From a virus (taxonomy: Duplodnaviria > Caudoviricetes), in the IMG/VR virus record IMGVR_UViG_3300032234_000296, positions 1 through 27,281 of that record: a DNA stretch of 27,281 bases. One strand, given 5' to 3'. How positions within the stretch are numbered: position 1 is the stretch's first letter; the number at the start of each line of letters is the position of its first letter. The notes under the pieces are model-generated. The model did no database searches. It was given only the letters and a program-made list of their open reading frames with translations, and was not told the DNA's origin. The translations under genes were made by a program, and so were the position numbers. This document shows positions 24,918 through 27,281 of this stretch, in pieces.

Positions 24918-25262
24918 TTATTCGTCGTCGTCATCCTCATCTTCATTACCCTCAAACTGGCTAATCACGTTTACAAAACCATCGTTGCCTATTCTGCTAT
25001 CACTATACACAGCATTGATAAACTTTAGGCCACAAGCATTCTTGTACCAAGTCATGACAACTGTTGCCATTTCAGCGGGGTCAAGTTGGTCTGATGTTGC
25101 AAGGGCATTAGGGTCATCTTCACCATAGCCATACTCACGCATAAGAGCCACTTGAGCGTCATCCATTAGGACATAGATTTTGTGGCAAGTATCCCAAGCA
25201 ATACCCTTGGCCTCATCTGTATACTCTCTAACGTCCCAGTATGCCTGTTCTAGGTCTAGCAT
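24918..25262 (-). CDS. hypothetical protein
   Basis: TAATG coupling at 25262; WDTCHKIY...CGLKFI; acidic tail. Confidence 0.85.
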   Translation of the reverse strand: MLDLEQAYWDVREYTDEAKGIAWDTCHKIYVLMDDAQVALMREYGYGEDDPNALATSDQLDPAEMATVVMTWYKNACGLKFINAVYSDSRIGNDGFVNVISQFEGNEDEDDDDE

Positions 25263-25459
25263 TAGTTCTCCCATTCTGCTAGGTCTTTACCAGCAAAGAT
25301 AGCCTGAACATAATCATAGCGAGAGTTGTCGTTTATCTCACCTAGGGTTTCCCATTGTTCAGGGGTAAGAGAATCAGTATCAAACACAAGCAAGTCTGCC
25401 TGTTCTCCATAGTTTCCGTCATAGGATACGTATCCAACGTTATTTAGTAAGTGCGACAT
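25262..25459 (-). CDS. hypothetical protein
   Basis: AGAAAGG SD; promoter upstream. Confidence 0.8.
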   Translation of the reverse strand: MSHLLNNVGYVSYDGNYGEQADLLVFDTDSLTPEQWETLGEINDNSRYDYVQAIFAGKDLAEWEN

Positions 25460-25704
25460 TTGTTTTCCTTTCTTGATACCCCCATTTTACTACTACCCTC
25501 TGACATTTTCAATGGTTTTCTGGGGTTTTTCCTTAATAGTTCTTAAATAGTTATCAATCTGTTATTTTTGCCGCAGGCCCCAAAATCTCACCACTTCAGT
25601 ATTTGTGATCACGAGATCTTCAGCTTTTGAGTGATGAGACTTTGAGTCCCTTGCGAGATGCTTCGTTATAACTGGGCATCTATCAAATTGAACGCAACAA
25701 GGGA

Positions 25705-25731
25705 AAGCAGTTTTACAACTTGCTCAGGTTG
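25705..25731 (-). ncRNA. compact pseudoknot, copy 4
   Basis: CAAC-CTGAGCAA-GTTG-TAAAAC-TGCTT. Confidence 0.6.
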
Positions 25732-25773
25732 CTTCGGGCGTTGTCCTTGTCTAGCAAGGCTTGTTCCCTAAGT

Positions 25774-26220
25774 TTAGATTAGTTCCATTACAGACGAGTA
25801 TGAACTAGCAGAAACTTCTTCCTGTGTTGTCATACGCAATACCTTTAGATTACGCTCTAGGATTTCTTTGCGAGTGGCATACTCTCTACCAAAATAAGTT
25901 TTCTCATTTGGCTTGGTTGGCTCTGTTGGCTTCTCTGGGAAACCTAGTGCTTGTGGGTCAAACTCAACAGATACATCATTACGATAAGAGTTTCTCTGAA
26001 TACGGATTGGAGAGTTGTGGTCTGTTCCAATGTTATCAGGGTTGCTCAATACCTCAATCGCTTTTGCGATAAGAGCCTTGTCATACGCAACCATTTCATC
26101 TCTATACACTTTTACTTCTTCAGCATAACTTGCTACTGCTTCGTCAATCTTAGCAATAGATGCCTCTATGTCTGCGATTAGAGATGATACTGGGATTTTT
26201 ACTGACATTGTTCTTGCCAT
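25774..26220 (-). CDS. hypothetical protein, coiled-coil N-terminus
   Basis: AAGGA SD; promoter upstream. Confidence 0.85.
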   Translation of the reverse strand: MARTMSVKIPVSSLIADIEASIAKIDEAVASYAEEVKVYRDEMVAYDKALIAKAIEVLSNPDNIGTDHNSPIRIQRNSYRNDVSVEFDPQALGFPEKPTEPTKPNEKTYFGREYATRKEILERNLKVLRMTTQEEVSASSYSSVMELI

Positions 26221-26360
26221 AATTTATTGCTTCCTTTTCTTTTTGTGGGTGTTATCTTTCTATTATAGGTGAGACCTACGACATTTGTGAGTGGCAGGAA
26301 AGTCCTGTAAGAACTCTGGCTTATCCCTTTTATGTAGTCCTACGCCACCAAATTATTTTA

Positions 26361-26531
26361 TTACTTGCCCATTAGAGAGAAACGAGAACTTCTACGCTTC
26401 TGCTTTACAGGGATAGATTTGGTCTGGTTAGTTGCCCCAACAAACTTTCCGTCTGCTGTGCGAACAACTGCCTTGTAAACCTCGCCGTTGTTGGTGTTCC
26501 ATTTCTCAGTTGATACTACTAGCTTTGCCAT
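26361..26531 (-). CDS. small basic protein (56 aa)
   Basis: MAKLVVSTEKW...VRTADGKFVG...; AGAAAG SD and promoter. Confidence 0.75.
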   Translation of the reverse strand: MAKLVVSTEKWNTNNGEVYKAVVRTADGKFVGATNQTKSIPVKQKRRSSRFSLMGK

Positions 26532-26652
26532 TTGTTTCTACTTTCTATAAGGGGATTATTACAATTCTATTTTAGCATTAGGGTCTGACATTTGTGGGGT
26601 AGAGAGGGATAGTGAAAGGATAAGAAACGCTATCCCCCTCAATCCCCTTATA

Positions 26653-26805
26653 CTACTTTACAGTAGTCCAGCGAGGCTGTCCATTTACATCTAGGCGAAC
26701 TCTGAACGAGCCAGTCTTGTTCTCCTTGACTTCCTGAATTGTGCCTACAACCCCAGACTTTGCTGTGGTGAACTGTGAGCCAACAGTTAGATTTGCGTTT
26801 GCCAT
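26653..26805 (-). CDS. small beta-rich protein (50 aa), SH3/KOW-like pattern
   Basis: MANANLTVGSQFTTAKSGVVGTIQEV...RWTTVK*; SD and promoter. Confidence 0.78.
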   Translation of the reverse strand: MANANLTVGSQFTTAKSGVVGTIQEVKENKTGSFRVRLDVNGQPRWTTVK

Positions 26806-26995
26806 TTATTGCTTCTTTCTACTTGATTTATTACCAACTTTTGCTGATAGGTCTATTTTACACCCACCCTACGACATTTATCAACCCTTTATGGGGATTT
26901 TGTTTATAACATTTTCAGGGAAAAATTGTTATAATTCTTAACTTGATCCTGGCAGAATTTTGTGCAGGCCCCATTTCTGGGGTAGCTAGTTGCTA

Positions 26996-27274
26996 CTACT
27001 CGTCATAGTCATCAACACACCAAGCGTCAAGTCTGAGAGACTCAATTGCTTGTGAGGCAGACACACTTGTTGCTCCAGTTCTAAACTCTACGCCCTCTGG
27101 CAACGGTATCATTCTAGAATAGTCATCTTCCCAATAAGCGTCAATAGCTGCTACTGCTACAGGTATCATTATCTTAGGAATTGGTGGATAACAATTGCTA
27201 CTAAAGTGAATCGATAGTTGTTGCTCTAGTGAGACTTCGCTACCTGCCAAGTCCATTGCGGTCATCATTCCCAT
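26996..27274 (-). CDS. hypothetical protein
   Basis: ORF track; H...NCYPPIP. Confidence 0.8.
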   Translation of the reverse strand: MGMMTAMDLAGSEVSLEQQLSIHFSSNCYPPIPKIMIPVAVAAIDAYWEDDYSRMIPLPEGVEFRTGATSVSASQAIESLRLDAWCVDDYDE

Positions 27275-27281
27275 TTTATTC

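Larger units (their letters stand above)
21411..26884 (-). promoter_or_regulatory. family of nine promoters ATGTC-N12-TA(A/T)AAT
   Basis: -10 boxes (plus-strand left coordinate) at 21411, 22530, 22593, 23806, 24896, 25484, 26262, 26569, 26855. Confidence 0.85.

Noticed and set aside
25600-25660. Hammerhead ribozyme (CTGAAGA on minus, GTGATGA on plus)
   Set aside because: No GAAA after stem II on either strand
549-26941. Opposite-strand or alternate-frame ORFs (e.g. 549..800, 828..1124, 4854..5171, 7348..7599, 8141..8341, 15844..16086, 21216..21596, 22555..22884, 23576..23890, 24787..25128, 26741..26941)
   Set aside because: Shadows of better-supported genes or of regulatory DNA, without SD, promoter or motif support
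1-27281. Stop-codon reassignment or suppressor tRNA
   Set aside because: Genes are intact and densely packed under the standard code with TAA, TAG and TGA all used as stops; no CTA/TCA/TTA anticodon tRNA seen

Overview
AT-rich 27-kb segment of a large tailed dsDNA phage, most likely infecting Actinobacteria (WhiB gene, many leaderless genes, AGAAAGG-type SD, MSMEG_6728/DenV-like gene). 1-19144 is a mostly plus-strand accessory and lysis region: Ntn peptidase, endonuclease VII, tRNA cluster, halogenase-like flavoprotein, Hsp20, two M23 peptidases, thermonuclease, WhiB, holin-like gene, glycosyl/methyltransferase cluster, transglycosylase and a PD-(D/E)XK nuclease. 19145-19920 is non-coding, with four DnaA boxes and many short repeats. 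19923-27274 is a minus-strand block of small, early-type genes separated by repeated regulatory cassettes. The most unusual signals are non-coding: (i) tRNA mimics, a CCA-ended minihelix and several pseudoknotted RNAs filling the tRNA cluster; (ii) a covarying 4-copy pseudoknot in 3' UTRs; (iii) hairpins and a candidate sRNA displaying anti-SD loops; (iv) a fixed-position ATGTC promoter element in 9 copies and a bipartite oriented site in 6 copies. All structures were folded by eye and all family calls rest on motif recognition; no searches were run.
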